Source: an uncultured Actinomycetes bacterium
GTDB taxonomy: Bacteria > Actinomycetota > Thermoleophilia > UBA2241
DNA: 64,000 nucleotides
Direction: 5' to 3'
Assembly: GCA_963725665.1 (NCBI GenBank)
Contig: CAVRZA010000001.1
Coordinates: 288,001 to 352,000, forward strand
Below, piece after piece: positions 47,533 to 59,529 of this stretch. The notes under the pieces were generated by a model. That model saw only the letters and a list, made by a program, of their open reading frames with translations. It was not told the origin of the DNA and did no database searches. The stretch's first letter is position 1; each line of letters begins with the position of its first letter. The position numbers were made by a program, and so were the translations under genes.

Positions 47533-49323
47533 GTGAGGGATGACGACGGCCGATCTGGCGCTCGTGGGGTCAGCGAGGCGAGGGCGGACATCGAGTCTGA
47601 GGCGAGACGTCTCTGGCACTGGTCGAAGGCCAAGGCCCCATCCCTGCCCCTCCTCGACTGGCTGCCGCACTACCGCCAGCGCTGGCTGCGGCCCGACGTC
47701 GTCGCGGCCGCGGCGGTCTGGGCCGTGCTCGTGCCCGAGGGTATGGCCTACGCCTCGCTCGCCGGCCTGCCGCCTGAGACCGGCCTCTTCGCGGCCCTGG
47801 CGCCGCTGCTCGCGTATGCAGCTCTCGGTACCTGCCGGCAGTTGACGGTCGGGCCCAGCTCGGCGATCGCCGCCTTCTCGGCGGCCGCCGTCGCGCCGCT
47901 GGCGGCCGGCGACGGCGGCCGCTTCATCGCCCTCTCGGCGCTGCTCGCCCTCATGGTCGGTGCGCTTCTCCTGGTCGCCGGCCTCACCCGGCTGGGCTTC
48001 ATCGCCGACTTCTTCGCCCGGCCGGTGCTGACCGGCTTCGTCGCCGGGCTGGCCCTCGTCATCGGCGTCGGGCAGGTCTACAAGCTGCTCGGCGTCGAGG
48101 GCGGCGGCACCTCGTTCTTCGGCAAGCTCGAGGTCCTCGCCCGGCAGCTCGGCTCGACCAGTCTACTCACGCTGGCCGTCGGGCTCGCCGCCTTGGGGGT
48201 CATCTTCGCGCTGCGGGCCTACGCGCCCAAGGTCCCCTCTGCTCTGGTCGCCGTCGTGCTGGGGATCGCGGCCGTCGCCGTCTTCGGTCTCGACAGTCAT
48301 GGCGTCCAGGTCGTGGGCGCCATCCCCGCCGGCCTGCCGACGCCCACGATCCCCAGCTTCAGCCTCGCCGACGTTACCGACATGGCGCCCGACGCTTTCG
48401 CTCTCGCCCTGATCGCGTTCGCCGAGTCCGTCGCGGGCGCGCGCGCCTTCGCGGCCAGGCACGGCTACGAGGTGAACGCCGACCAGGAGCTGGTCGCCCT
48501 CGGCGTCGCCAACCTGGGCGCCGGCCTCCTGCAAGGATTCTCAGTCGACGCCAGCCTCTCGCGCTCGGCGGTGAACGATTCGTCGGGCGTCAGGACGCAG
48601 CTCTCGGGCGTCATCCTCTTCGGCTTTCTCATCGTGACGATGCTTTTGCTCATGCCGCTGTTCCACGACCTGCCTGAGGCGGTGCTCGGGGCGATCGTCA
48701 TCGCCGCCGTCGCCCACCTGGTCGACGTCGCGGCGCTGCGCCGGCTGTGGCGGGTCGATCGCACCGACTTCCTGCTGGCGTTGCTCTGCTTCGCCGGGGT
48801 CCTGGTGTTCGGCATCCTCGTCGGCCTGCTCGTGGCGGTCGTCGTGTCACTGCTCGCGCTCGTCTTTAGGGCCTATCGTCCCAGCAGCGCCGTCCTCGGC
48901 CGTGCTCCCGGGGCGATGGACGATGAGACCTATCGCTTCCGCGGCGTGAGGGATCACCCCGAGTACGAGACCTTCCCCGGCCTGGTGATCCTGCGTGTCG
49001 AGGGAGAGCTCTTCTTCGCCAACGCACGCTGGTTTCGCGAGACGGTGCGCTCCCTGGTGCGTGGGCAGTCGCCGCCGGTGCGCGAGGTGCTCGTGCACGC
49101 CGGCGCTGTCCCGTACATCGACACCACCGCCGCGGCCACGCTGAGGGAACTGATCGCGGAGCTGTACGAGAGCGAGGTCGAGCTGCACTTCGCGCGCGTG
49201 ACCACCTCGCTGTACGAGAACCTCGAGCGCAACGGCATCCTGGAGCTCGTGGGAAGCGATCGGTTCCATGAGACCGTCCTCGCCGGCGTCGCCGACTTCC
49301 TGCGGCGCGACCGGGTCCATTGA
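47533..49323 (+). CDS. sulP: SulP/SLC26 anion transporter with STAS domain
   Basis: VPEGMAYA.LAGLPP..GL, VGP.S, NADQEL.A.G.AN, SLSRSAVN, LFFAN, IDTTA. Start approximate. Confidence 0.92.
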   Translation: MRDDDGRSGARGVSEARADIESEARRLWHWSKAKAPSLPLLDWLPHYRQRWLRPDVVAAAAVWAVLVPEGMAYASLAGLPPETGLFAALAPLLAYAALGTCRQLTVGPSSAIAAFSAAAVAPLAAGDGGRFIALSALLALMVGALLLVAGLTRLGFIADFFARPVLTGFVAGLALVIGVGQVYKLLGVEGGGTSFFGKLEVLARQLGSTSLLTLAVGLAALGVIFALRAYAPKVPSALVAVVLGIAAVAVFGLDSHGVQVVGAIPAGLPTPTIPSFSLADVTDMAPDAFALALIAFAESVAGARAFAARHGYEVNADQELVALGVANLGAGLLQGFSVDASLSRSAVNDSSGVRTQLSGVILFGFLIVTMLLLMPLFHDLPEAVLGAIVIAAVAHLVDVAALRRLWRVDRTDFLLALLCFAGVLVFGILVGLLVAVVVSLLALVFRAYRPSSAVLGRAPGAMDDETYRFRGVRDHPEYETFPGLVILRVEGELFFANARWFRETVRSLVRGQSPPVREVLVHAGAVPYIDTTAAATLRELIAELYESEVELHFARVTTSLYENLERNGILELVGSDRFHETVLAGVADFLRRDRVH

Positions 49324-49523
49324 CGGCGCCCCGAGTGTGACGGGACGCTGACGAGGATGCCGACTCGCCGAGCACGGCGCGACACGGTGGCCATCTTCAC
49401 GAAGCGTTGTCACACGTGACGGAAAGCGGTCCATGCGGCGCCAAGCGGGAAGCATCATCGATGTAATCCAAGAGGGGACGCGGGCTCTCGGTTGGGGGAT
49501 CCCCTTGAGGGGTCTACTGCCGC

Positions 49524-50168
49524 TCATGGCCTGTTGTGCGGTTGGGCGCTGACCTCGACTCGGGTCACCCACTTCACGTTCTTGTACCCCATCCTCGTGG
49601 GGACGACGAGCCGCAGCGGACCCCCGTGAGCCGCGGGCAGAGGCGCACCGTCAAGGCTATCGGCGAGCAGGGACTCGGGCGCTAGGGCCTCCTCCAGTGT
49701 GAGACTCTTCGCGTAGCTGCCGCCGAAGGCGTGGAAGGAGACGAACTGCCCCTCGGGGCGAACCGTGACGCGGTGCAAGAGATCTTTGACGCTGACACCC
49801 TCCCAGCGAAGGTTCCGCGCGTTCCAGCCTTCCACGCAGTGCAAGTCGATGGTCTTCCGCGCGCGTGGCAAGGCGAGCCAAGCCGCGCGATCCAGTCGTA
49901 GCGGCTGAGCGACCAGACCGTCGACGGACAGCACCCAGTCGCGAGCTGCCACGGCGGGTGGACCATCCTCGATGTTCAGGACCGGGAAGTCGTGGAGCAG
50001 GGCCGGGAGGTCGGTACCCAGGCGCTTCGCGTCGCCGTTCTGCAGGCGCTGCCAGCCGATCAGACCGGCCAGAGCGGCCGCTCCCAGCAGAAGGAACGTG
50101 CGCCGGCCGAAGCGCGTCTGCCGGCCTAGACCGCGGTTGGCAACGTCATTGCCCGGTTCCTCGCCCAT
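49524..50168 (-). CDS. Sulfite oxidase family molybdopterin-dependent oxidoreductase (MsrP/YedY-like catalytic domain) with Tat-like signal
   Basis: GRRTFL, W.L.VDGLV..P, LHCVEGW, W.GV, L...HGGPLRLVVP...GYKNVKWV. Confidence 0.88.
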   Translation of the reverse strand: MGEEPGNDVANRGLGRQTRFGRRTFLLLGAAALAGLIGWQRLQNGDAKRLGTDLPALLHDFPVLNIEDGPPAVAARDWVLSVDGLVAQPLRLDRAAWLALPRARKTIDLHCVEGWNARNLRWEGVSVKDLLHRVTVRPEGQFVSFHAFGGSYAKSLTLEEALAPESLLADSLDGAPLPAAHGGPLRLVVPTRMGYKNVKWVTRVEVSAQPHNRP

Positions 50169-50270
50169 ATCGCTCCTGAGTCGGCTGAGGGTCTATTCCC
50201 GAGGGGGCACCCGAGCAGCACCGTGCTGTGCGCGGTGGCCGTTGCGCAGTGCCTCGCCCTCCCTGGCCGT

Positions 50271-52439
<2,169 letters not shown>

Positions 52440-52528
52440 GATCGTCCTTTCTCTTCGGCCGGAGGCCCGATGCGGCCGGCAGCGGGTATGATTCCTCGAA
52501 CAGCGCTCGCTAATCCGAGGAGCGTCCC

Positions 52529-53257
52529 GTGGAGCACGTTATCGGCGAAGAGTTCCAGCGAGCGACATCCTACTCGCGGTCGACCCTGACTGGAGGACGT
52601 CTCGACTGGTCGCGCCAGCCGGAGGTCTTCAAGCGTTACCCCGATGCGCCCCGGGCGCCGCTGCCCCCGGCCCCGGCCGCCGGCGGGCCGGGGTTCTGGG
52701 AGGTAGTCGCGGGGCGGCGGAGCGTGCGTGAGTACGCGGAGCCGCACCTGACGCTCGACGACCTCTCCGCGCTGCTCTGGGCCGCGGCCGGGGTCAACCG
52801 TGTGGAGTACGGCCTTCCCTTCCGGACGGTGCCCTCGGCGGGGGGCCTGTACCCGATCGAGACGTACATCGCGGCACATCGCGTCGAGGGTCTGGAGCCC
52901 GGTATCTACCACTACGCCGTGCTCGAGCGCGTCCTCGAACGGCTGCGCGCCGGCGACTTCAGGCACGCCGCCGCGGCGGCCGCGCTCGACCAGCCGATCG
53001 TCTTCGATGGCGATGTCGTCTTCGTCTGGAGCGCCGTCTTTGGCCGCTCGATATGGAAGTACGGCCAGCGCGCCTTCCGTTACGTGTACCTCGATGCGGG
53101 GCACATCGCCCACAGCGTCGCACTCGCCGCGGTGGCCCTTGGGCTCGGCAGTTGCCAGGTCGCGGCGCTGTTCGACGACGAGGCCAACGAGCTCATCGGG
53201 CTCGACGGCGAGGAGGAGAGCGTCATCTACCTGACCACCGTCGGGAGGCCGGCGTGA
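52529..53257 (+). CDS. SagB/ThcOx family nitroreductase-like dehydrogenase
   Basis: [40 protein letters not shown]...N.L.G.DG..E. Confidence 0.9.
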   Translation: MEHVIGEEFQRATSYSRSTLTGGRLDWSRQPEVFKRYPDAPRAPLPPAPAAGGPGFWEVVAGRRSVREYAEPHLTLDDLSALLWAAAGVNRVEYGLPFRTVPSAGGLYPIETYIAAHRVEGLEPGIYHYAVLERVLERLRAGDFRHAAAAAALDQPIVFDGDVVFVWSAVFGRSIWKYGQRAFRYVYLDAGHIAHSVALAAVALGLGSCQVAALFDDEANELIGLDGEEESVIYLTTVGRPA

Positions 53258-54408
53258 GGGACAAGACGACCACCGCCACCGAGAAGGCCTCCGGCGTGAG
53301 CGGTGGGGCGACTTCCTCGAATGAGAGCTCGAGTCGGCAGAGTCAACAGCTGACCAGGGACGGTAACCTGCCGGCCATTCCTTTGCGGCGCCGCTTCCCG
53401 ACGAAGCGTATCGTCTTCCTCGTCATCACCGGCGTCGCCCTCTACTTCGTGTGGCCGAGGATCGTGCTGCTCTTCTCGCAGGTGCCTGAGCTGCGCGGGA
53501 TCACGTGGTTCTGGTTCGTTCTCATCGCGCTCCTCGAGTTGGCCAGCTTCGCCTGCTACTGGGGCCTGATGAGGGTCGCCTTGGGCGAGAAGAGATGGTT
53601 CGTGGTCAGCACGACGCAGCTCGCCAGCAACGCCTTCAGCCGCATCGTCCCCGGAGGCGCCGCGTCGGGAGGCTCGGTCAGTTACCAGATGTTGACGAAC
53701 GCCGGCTCGCCCCCGGCACGCGTCCTCACAGCGCTAACGGCGACAGGTCTCTTCTCGCCCGCCGTGCTCTTCGCCCTGCCGGTGCTGTCGATCCCTGCGA
53801 TCCTGACGGGGGCACCGGTCGATCGCAGTCTCCTACGCACCGCCCAGACCGGCGCGGTCATCTTCTTCTTCATCGTGACTGTCGGCGCGCTCTTCCTTTT
53901 CACCGACCGTCCTCTCGAGGGGGTCGGCCGCGTCGCACAGCGCGTCATCAACCGGCTTCGCCGTCACCACGAACCGGTCGCCGAGCTGCCGGAGACGCTC
54001 GTGCAGGAGCGCGACCTGATCAAGGGCCTCATCGGCAACCGTTGGTGGGAGGCCTTGCTCTTCGCGGGCGGCAACTGGCTGCTCGACTTCGGCGCCTTGC
54101 TCGCCGCCCTCGCCTCGACCGGAGCGCGGCCGCGAGCCTCGCTCGTGCTGTTGGCCTACGTCGTCGCCGCGCTGCTCGGCATGCTGCCTTTCACGCCGGG
54201 CGGACTGGGGTTCGTCGAGGTCGGCCTCGTCGGCACCCTGCAGCTCGCCGGCGTGTCGCCGGCCCAGGCCGTGCTCGCCACTCTGGCCTACAGGCTGGTC
54301 GCCTTTTGGCTGCCGATCCCTCTCGGGCTGATCGCCTACGTCGTCTACAGGCGGCGCTTCGGAGGCCCTCGCGAGCGCGAGCTCGTGAGGGGGGGTTCGC
54401 CTCCCTAA
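53254..54408 (+). CDS. Lysylphosphatidylglycerol synthase TM / YbhN-like flippase membrane protein
   Basis: Multi-TM; PGG..SG, PFTPGGLGFVE, A.LA..LAYRL..FWLP. Confidence 0.85.
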   Translation: MRDKTTTATEKASGVSGGATSSNESSSRQSQQLTRDGNLPAIPLRRRFPTKRIVFLVITGVALYFVWPRIVLLFSQVPELRGITWFWFVLIALLELASFACYWGLMRVALGEKRWFVVSTTQLASNAFSRIVPGGAASGGSVSYQMLTNAGSPPARVLTALTATGLFSPAVLFALPVLSIPAILTGAPVDRSLLRTAQTGAVIFFFIVTVGALFLFTDRPLEGVGRVAQRVINRLRRHHEPVAELPETLVQERDLIKGLIGNRWWEALLFAGGNWLLDFGALLAALASTGARPRASLVLLAYVVAALLGMLPFTPGGLGFVEVGLVGTLQLAGVSPAQAVLATLAYRLVAFWLPIPLGLIAYVVYRRRFGGPRERELVRGGSPP

Positions 54409-54414
54409 GACCGT

Positions 54415-55230
54415 CTAGGGGAGGCTAACGCGCGCCGCGACCGGCCAGTGGTCCGACGGCAGGCGCGCGCCGGCCCGCTCCTGGGCCACCCAGGCCTTCT
54501 CGACTCGCCAGTGCCCGCTTGCCAGGACGTAGTCGATGCGCCGTCCGGCGGAGATTCTGCCGAACCCGTGCTCCGTCGCGACGCGCTCGGTAGCGACGCT
54601 TTCGGTTGCCGGGTCGTGTGAGGCGAGGGGCTGCGCCGACACCCCCTGCCGCTCGGCCAGAAGGTCGCGCAGGCCGGCTGCGACGAAGCGGCGGACGGCC
54701 GGTCCGCCGGGCGCCTCGTTGAGGTCCCCGGCGACCAGCCAGGGGAGGTCCGGCTCGAGCCACGAGACGAGGGCCTCGGCGGCGCGCTCGCGCGACGCCG
54801 CCGAGGCCCCGTCGAGATGGAGGTTCGCGAACTCGAAACGGCGCCCGGAGGCCTCGTCGGCGAAGCGGCAGAGGGTCACAACGCGAGGCAGTGGGTTGCC
54901 CCAAGTGCGCGAGCCGGGCACGTCGGGTGTGTCCGAGAGCCAGCGCGTGCGCGAGGCCTCGAGGTGGAGACGCGCTCGACGGAAGAAGACGCTGCAGCGT
55001 TCGCCGCCTCCTCTGGCGTTGCGCCCCGCACCGGTCGCCGCGTAGCCGTCAAGGGAGCGCACGAGGTAGCGCTCCTGGAAGCCATAGGACTCTTGCAGCC
55101 CGACGATGTCGGCTTCGAGGCGGGCGATGGCCTGCGCCGTCGCCCGCCTCCTGAACGGCCACGAGTGCAGGCCGTCGCAGGCGATGCCGTTGCGAATGTT
55201 GAAGCTCACGACGGTGAGGGCCGTGCTCAC
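54415..55230 (-). CDS. Endonuclease/exonuclease/phosphatase family protein
   Basis: SFNIR, DIVGLQE, WLS.TP, N.HLD, GDLN, RIDY, SDHWPV. Confidence 0.9.
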   Translation of the reverse strand: MSTALTVVSFNIRNGIACDGLHSWPFRRRATAQAIARLEADIVGLQESYGFQERYLVRSLDGYAATGAGRNARGGGERCSVFFRRARLHLEASRTRWLSDTPDVPGSRTWGNPLPRVVTLCRFADEASGRRFEFANLHLDGASAASRERAAEALVSWLEPDLPWLVAGDLNEAPGGPAVRRFVAAGLRDLLAERQGVSAQPLASHDPATESVATERVATEHGFGRISAGRRIDYVLASGHWRVEKAWVAQERAGARLPSDHWPVAARVSLP

Positions 55231-55284
55231 GGCCTCACACAGCGGCGGGATGTCGCCGTCCGTCGCGCCGCGACCGGCGAGGGC

Positions 55285-55695
55285 TCAAGACCGTTCGGGC
55301 CCCATCTCGCTCGCCGGCCTCCTCGCCCAGCCGCCGGGCAGCGCCGCGCGCAGAGCCGCCCGGCGCCAGGGCGTCACGCCCTCGATCTCGATCTCGAGCG
55401 AGAAGCTGAGGAAGGTGCGGATGAGGATGATGAGCCCGAGCACGAGGACGTTCTCGAGCGAGGGCTCGACGGCGACCGTACGGATCAGGTCGGCGGCGAC
55501 GAGGATCTCGAGGGCGAGGAGGATGCTGCGCTCGAACATCCGGCGCAGCGCCGTGAAACGGTCCGTCCCCTCCCTGCCCGGTCCGGCGGGTCGCGCTGCG
55601 CGCAGCAGCGCCCAGACGAAGCCCGCGACGAGGACGAGCACGCCTCCGATCTCGAAGCCGCGGGCGACCCCGTCCATGAGCTCGGTGTAGCTCAC
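55285..55695 (-). CDS. DUF1622 family membrane protein
   Basis: R.ILL.LE.LVAAD.IRTV..P....V..LG.I.LIRTFLS.SLE.EI.G..PW. Confidence 0.85.
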   Translation of the reverse strand: MSYTELMDGVARGFEIGGVLVLVAGFVWALLRAARPAGPGREGTDRFTALRRMFERSILLALEILVAADLIRTVAVEPSLENVLVLGLIILIRTFLSFSLEIEIEGVTPWRRAALRAALPGGWARRPASEMGPERS

Positions 55696-55769
55696 TGCGT
55701 TCTTCCTCTCGCGCGGCGTCCCTCACGACTCGGCCGCGGGCCGAGACGCTCCCGTCGCCCCCGCGCAGC

Positions 55770-57293
55770 TCAGGTCTGGACCGACGGGGGCTCGGCCGGG
55801 ATCGCCTCCGGTGGCGTGGCGCGGTGCACCAGGTAGCGGATGAAGAGCTCCCAGGCGAGCAGGATCAGCACGATGGCGATGATCCAGCCCCAGCTTGGCG
55901 TGGCGAGCAGCAGCACGAGCAGGGCGATGATGATGCCGGCGAGACGCAACCAGTCGGCATAGCGGACCATGAAGCGCAGCACCTTGGCCTGTGGCGAGGC
56001 CGGCTCTGCCGTCGTCTCGGCCAAGGTGGCGATGCCCTCGCCCGCCTTGCTGAACCACTGCGGCTTGCCCACCAGGAAGGCCGCCACCGCCACGATGATG
56101 CCGGCGATCAGGAAGGCCAGGGTGAAGCTCTGCATGTTGTCGACGGCCGTCTTGAGGATCGGCCCACCGATGCCCGGGCCCTGGCCCGTCTTGAGGCCGT
56201 TGACGATGTTCTCCTCGATGCGGTTGACCAGCACGCGGGCGATGATCAGCGCGACAGCGACGCCGACGCCCAGCTCGATCAGCGTGCGCCGCCTCTTGAG
56301 CGACAGCCACACGGAGGCGACGATGAGGGCGATGGTGAGGATCACGAGGATCACCACGACCGCGTTGAAGATGCGCACGATCTGCTGCGCCGTCTTGAGA
56401 TCCTGGCTCTTGAGCAGCGTCACCTGACCGAAGTCGGCCGGCAGCTGGACGCCGAGGGCCTGTGAGAGCTGCGCATTGGCCTCGGCGGGGGGCGTCTCCG
56501 GGGGGATCTCGGGGATCGTGATGCCGGAGAGCAGCCGCGGGGCTTTCTGCTGCACCTGGATGAGCGCCTTGGAGAGCAGGGGCAGCAGGTTCAGCTTGGC
56601 TTCGCCGTTGTTGACGGAGAGCGCGCCGGGTTCGTTGTTGAGGGCGTTGACGACCTGCTCGTGGGCCACGCGGTTGACACCCACCCAGAGGTTGTAGGCC
56701 GTATCCGTGGCGAGGAAGCTCTGGAGGTTCTTCTGCAGGAACGTCTGCAGCCAGCCCTCGACGGCAGTGGCGATGGGGGCCGCCAGGGGGTCGAACTGCG
56801 AAGGTAGGGCGTTCTCGGCGCGCTGCTGGATGTTGATGGCGTCGACGCCCCGTTGCGCCAGGTACACACTCAGGTCGTGCTGCACCTGGGGGTCTTTGGC
56901 GACCGGCGAGACCACCTCGACCCACTTGTCCGTGTTCATGAGGACGTTGTGGGCCCAGAGCGTCACCGTGCTCACCAGGACGCCGAGCACGGCCAGCACG
57001 ACGAGGATGCCGACGAGCCAACGGCGCATGCGCACGTGGGTCCTGCCCGCGCTGCGGTCGCCGAACCAGGCCGAGACGGACTGCCACACACTCTTCTCGC
57101 GAGTCTCCGCGGCAGTGTCGCCGCTGTCACTCTCTGCGCTGTCGGTGTCGGAGCCGCTCTCGGGGCTGCCGGCCTCAGCGCCGGTCTCCGGGCTGCCGGC
57201 GTCAGCCTCGCTGCTGCCGCCCGACTCGGCCCCAGTTCCTTCGTCGCCGGCGTCCGGCAGCGGCACCGTGCGTTCGTCGGTGTCGTCGCTCAT
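55770..57293 (-). CDS. Hypothetical integral membrane protein with acidic low-complexity N-terminus
   Basis: Long ORF with good codon pattern; one N-terminal TM, an extracytoplasmic domain and several C-terminal TMs; AAGGGGAGG RBS. Confidence 0.75.
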   Translation of the reverse strand: MSDDTDERTVPLPDAGDEGTGAESGGSSEADAGSPETGAEAGSPESGSDTDSAESDSGDTAAETREKSVWQSVSAWFGDRSAGRTHVRMRRWLVGILVVLAVLGVLVSTVTLWAHNVLMNTDKWVEVVSPVAKDPQVQHDLSVYLAQRGVDAINIQQRAENALPSQFDPLAAPIATAVEGWLQTFLQKNLQSFLATDTAYNLWVGVNRVAHEQVVNALNNEPGALSVNNGEAKLNLLPLLSKALIQVQQKAPRLLSGITIPEIPPETPPAEANAQLSQALGVQLPADFGQVTLLKSQDLKTAQQIVRIFNAVVVILVILTIALIVASVWLSLKRRRTLIELGVGVAVALIIARVLVNRIEENIVNGLKTGQGPGIGGPILKTAVDNMQSFTLAFLIAGIIVAVAAFLVGKPQWFSKAGEGIATLAETTAEPASPQAKVLRFMVRYADWLRLAGIIIALLVLLLATPSWGWIIAIVLILLAWELFIRYLVHRATPPEAIPAEPPSVQT

Positions 57294-57405
57294 GCGTCGC
57301 CTCCCCTTGCGTGGGCTCCACGGCTGTGGCTCGTCCTTACCGCGCACATACTTGCGTCATCATACCCGACCGCCGTCGCGATGGAACGGACGTCCCTCGC
57401 GTGGG

Positions 57406-58161
57406 TCACACGGTCGTGACGATCACGCCGGCGTCTGTGAGGTGCGCCATCTCGGTGGGGTTGGCCATCCCGTCGGTGATGAGCTCGTCGATGTCGTCGA
57501 GGCCGGCGATACGCGCGAGGGCGCGCCGCCCGACCTTGGAGCCGTCGGCGACGACGACGGTCCGGGCGGCGCGCCTGATCAGATGCAGGTTCGTGTGGGC
57601 CTCGACCTCGTGGTGGGTCGTGAGCCCGGCGTCGACCGAGATCCCGTCGACGCCGACGAAAGCCACATCGAGGTTGAGGCCGTCGAGGGTGAGCTCGGCG
57701 AGCGGTCCGACGAGCTCGTAGGACTCGCTGCGGGCCGTCCCGCCGGTGACGATCAGCTTGAGGTCGGGGCGCAGGGCGAGCTCGGAGGCGATGTTGAGCG
57801 CGTTCGTCACGACGGTGAGTCCCGGACGCGTCATCAAGACGCGCGCCACTTCCGTCGTCGTGGTGCCGCCTGTGAAGCCTACCGTCGACACCCCGTCGGC
57901 GCGGCGTGCGGCTTCGGCCGCTATGCGGCGCTTCTCCTCGATGTGGCGTCCTCCCTTGTAGCGCAGCGGTAGCTCGATGAGCCCGCTGGCGACGGCTCCG
58001 CCGTGAGTGCGCGAGAGTAGGCGCTGCTGCTCGAGGAGCTGCAAGTCGCGGCGCACCGAGGCAGTCGAGACGCCGAGCAGGGCGGCGAGCTCGCTGACGG
58101 CGACCGAGCCGCGATCGGCGAGCCGTTCGAGGATCACGCTGAGGCGTTCCTCCTGGCGCAT
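57406..58161 (-). CDS. DeoR/GlpR (AgaR-like) transcriptional regulator
   Basis: R...IL..L...G.V.V.ELA..L.VS.ASVRRDL..LE....L.RTHGGA, GGTTT, VVTNALNIA, AD.SK.G. Confidence 0.93.
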   Translation of the reverse strand: MRQEERLSVILERLADRGSVAVSELAALLGVSTASVRRDLQLLEQQRLLSRTHGGAVASGLIELPLRYKGGRHIEEKRRIAAEAARRADGVSTVGFTGGTTTTEVARVLMTRPGLTVVTNALNIASELALRPDLKLIVTGGTARSESYELVGPLAELTLDGLNLDVAFVGVDGISVDAGLTTHHEVEAHTNLHLIRRAARTVVVADGSKVGRRALARIAGLDDIDELITDGMANPTEMAHLTDAGVIVTTV

Positions 58162-58167
58162 GGCGCC

Positions 58168-58254
58168 ATCGTATCACAGGGTCTGCAAGGTTCTGTACGA
58201 TTCGCGGATGTAATGAGCAAGAAGCAACACGCGCGCGTTCGGGGTTGGTAGGAT
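58168..58254. promoter_or_regulatory. Divergent leaderless-type -10 elements (TACGAT on - strand, TAGGAT on + strand), each 6 nt from an ATG
   Basis: ATCGTA at 58168-58173 precedes the deoR ATG (58161); TAGGAT at 58249-58254 precedes the MFS ATG (58261). Neither gene has a Shine-Dalgarno sequence. Confidence 0.5.
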
Positions 58255-58260
58255 GGGGGC

Positions 58261-59490
58261 ATGGCGCCGGGCCCCGAGCAGCGATCCGGAGCGGGGAGCG
58301 AACGTCGGCGAGGCTCCTCAGCCGCCTCCGCCGAGGGGCGCGTCGACCTCTGGCCGCTGAGGTCTCTGTTTGCCCTTTCGGGCGCAGCCGGCGCCGCGTT
58401 GCTGCCGTTCTTCGCCCTGCTCCTGCGTGACCGTGGCCTGGGCCCGGAGCGCATCGGTCTCGTGCTCGCCGCCGCGTCGCTCGCCGGGGCCCTCGTCACG
58501 CCCGTGTGGAGCCACGTCGCCGACACACGGGCCGGCATCGTCCTCGCCCTGCGCTTCTCGGCCTTCGCCACCGCGGCCTGCGCCGTCGCCCTCGCGGCCA
58601 CCGGCTCGGCGTTCGTGCCCATCCTGCTCGCCGCCGCCGCCATGTCGGCGTGCTCGGCGCCGGGGGCGCCGCTCTCGGACGCCCTCGCCGTCGGGTACCT
58701 GGGCCCCGAGCGGATGACGGAGTACGGCACGATTAGGCTCTGGGCGAGCGCCGGCTGGGGAGTGGCGGTCATCGCCTTCGGCGCCCTCTTCGAGGGTCTC
58801 GGCCTGGGGCCGGCGCTGCCCGCATACGCCCTCGGCAGCGTCGCCCTCGGCCTGTGGACCTTCCGGCTCCCGCCCGGGGCTCCGCTGCCGCAGCCCTCAC
58901 ACTCCCGCCTGGGGGCCGTGGGCGACGCGCTGCGCGCGTCGCCCAGGCTCGTTCCCTTCCTCGGTGGCGTGTTCCTCGTGGCCGTGGCTTCGTCTGCGGC
59001 CTGGTCGTTCGTCGGCTTGCGGATCGTCGGACAGGGCGGCGGACCGTTCCTCGTGGGCCTCGCCGCCGGCCTCACGGCCTTCATCGAGATCCCCGTCATG
59101 CAGTACAGCGGTGCGCTCGGACGGCGGTTCGGTCTCCGGGCCGCGTTCGGTGCCGGAGCCCTTGTGTATGCGCTCGTCTTCCTCGTGTGGACCTTCGTGC
59201 GCAGTCCGCTCGTCATCACCCTTGTCGCGAGTGCCGACGGAGTCGCGTTCGCGCTCGTCTACACCGGTGTGGTGGTCATCACCGGCCGGCTCGTGCCCGA
59301 GCGCCTGAGCTCGACCGGCCAGGCGCTCGCGCAGACGGTCAACTGGAACGTGGCCCCGATCGTCGGCGCCGCGCTGGGTGGCGTGGTCTTCGCCCGTCTC
59401 GGCGCGCCGGTGCTTTTCGCCGGCGCCGCCGTCCTCGCCGTCGCCGGCGCCGCCGTGGTGTGGCTCGCGCTGGGACGGGCGCAGGCGTGA
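58261..59490 (+). CDS. MFS transporter (HcaT/YwbF-like)
   Basis: PF..L.L..RGL....IG, P.W..VAD, YG.IRLW.S.GW, EIP; about 12 TM segments. Confidence 0.85.
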   Translation: MAPGPEQRSGAGSERRRGSSAASAEGRVDLWPLRSLFALSGAAGAALLPFFALLLRDRGLGPERIGLVLAAASLAGALVTPVWSHVADTRAGIVLALRFSAFATAACAVALAATGSAFVPILLAAAAMSACSAPGAPLSDALAVGYLGPERMTEYGTIRLWASAGWGVAVIAFGALFEGLGLGPALPAYALGSVALGLWTFRLPPGAPLPQPSHSRLGAVGDALRASPRLVPFLGGVFLVAVASSAAWSFVGLRIVGQGGGPFLVGLAAGLTAFIEIPVMQYSGALGRRFGLRAAFGAGALVYALVFLVWTFVRSPLVITLVASADGVAFALVYTGVVVITGRLVPERLSSTGQALAQTVNWNVAPIVGAALGGVVFARLGAPVLFAGAAVLAVAGAAVVWLALGRAQA

Positions 59491-59492
59491 TG

Positions 59493-59521
59493 TTGCATCC
59501 TGCACGATTGGTGCATAGTAT
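59493..59521 (+). promoter_or_regulatory. Sigma70-type promoter TTGCAT-N17-TAGTAT with overlapping palindrome TGCAC-N5-GTGCA (candidate DeoR operator)
   Basis: -35 at 59493-59498, -10 at 59516-59521, palindrome at 59501-59515; ATG at 59530 with no SD. Confidence 0.55.
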
Positions 59522-59529
59522 GGACAGAA

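Noticed and set aside
49340-49430. Hammerhead-like CTGACGAG core in the sulP/msrP intergenic region
   Set aside because: No GAAA directly closes stem II and I could not build consistent stems I and III.
52529-53257. SagB/ThcOx as part of a RiPP (azole) cluster
   Set aside because: No YcaO, E1-like protein or precursor peptide nearby; stand-alone SagB-like nitroreductases are common.
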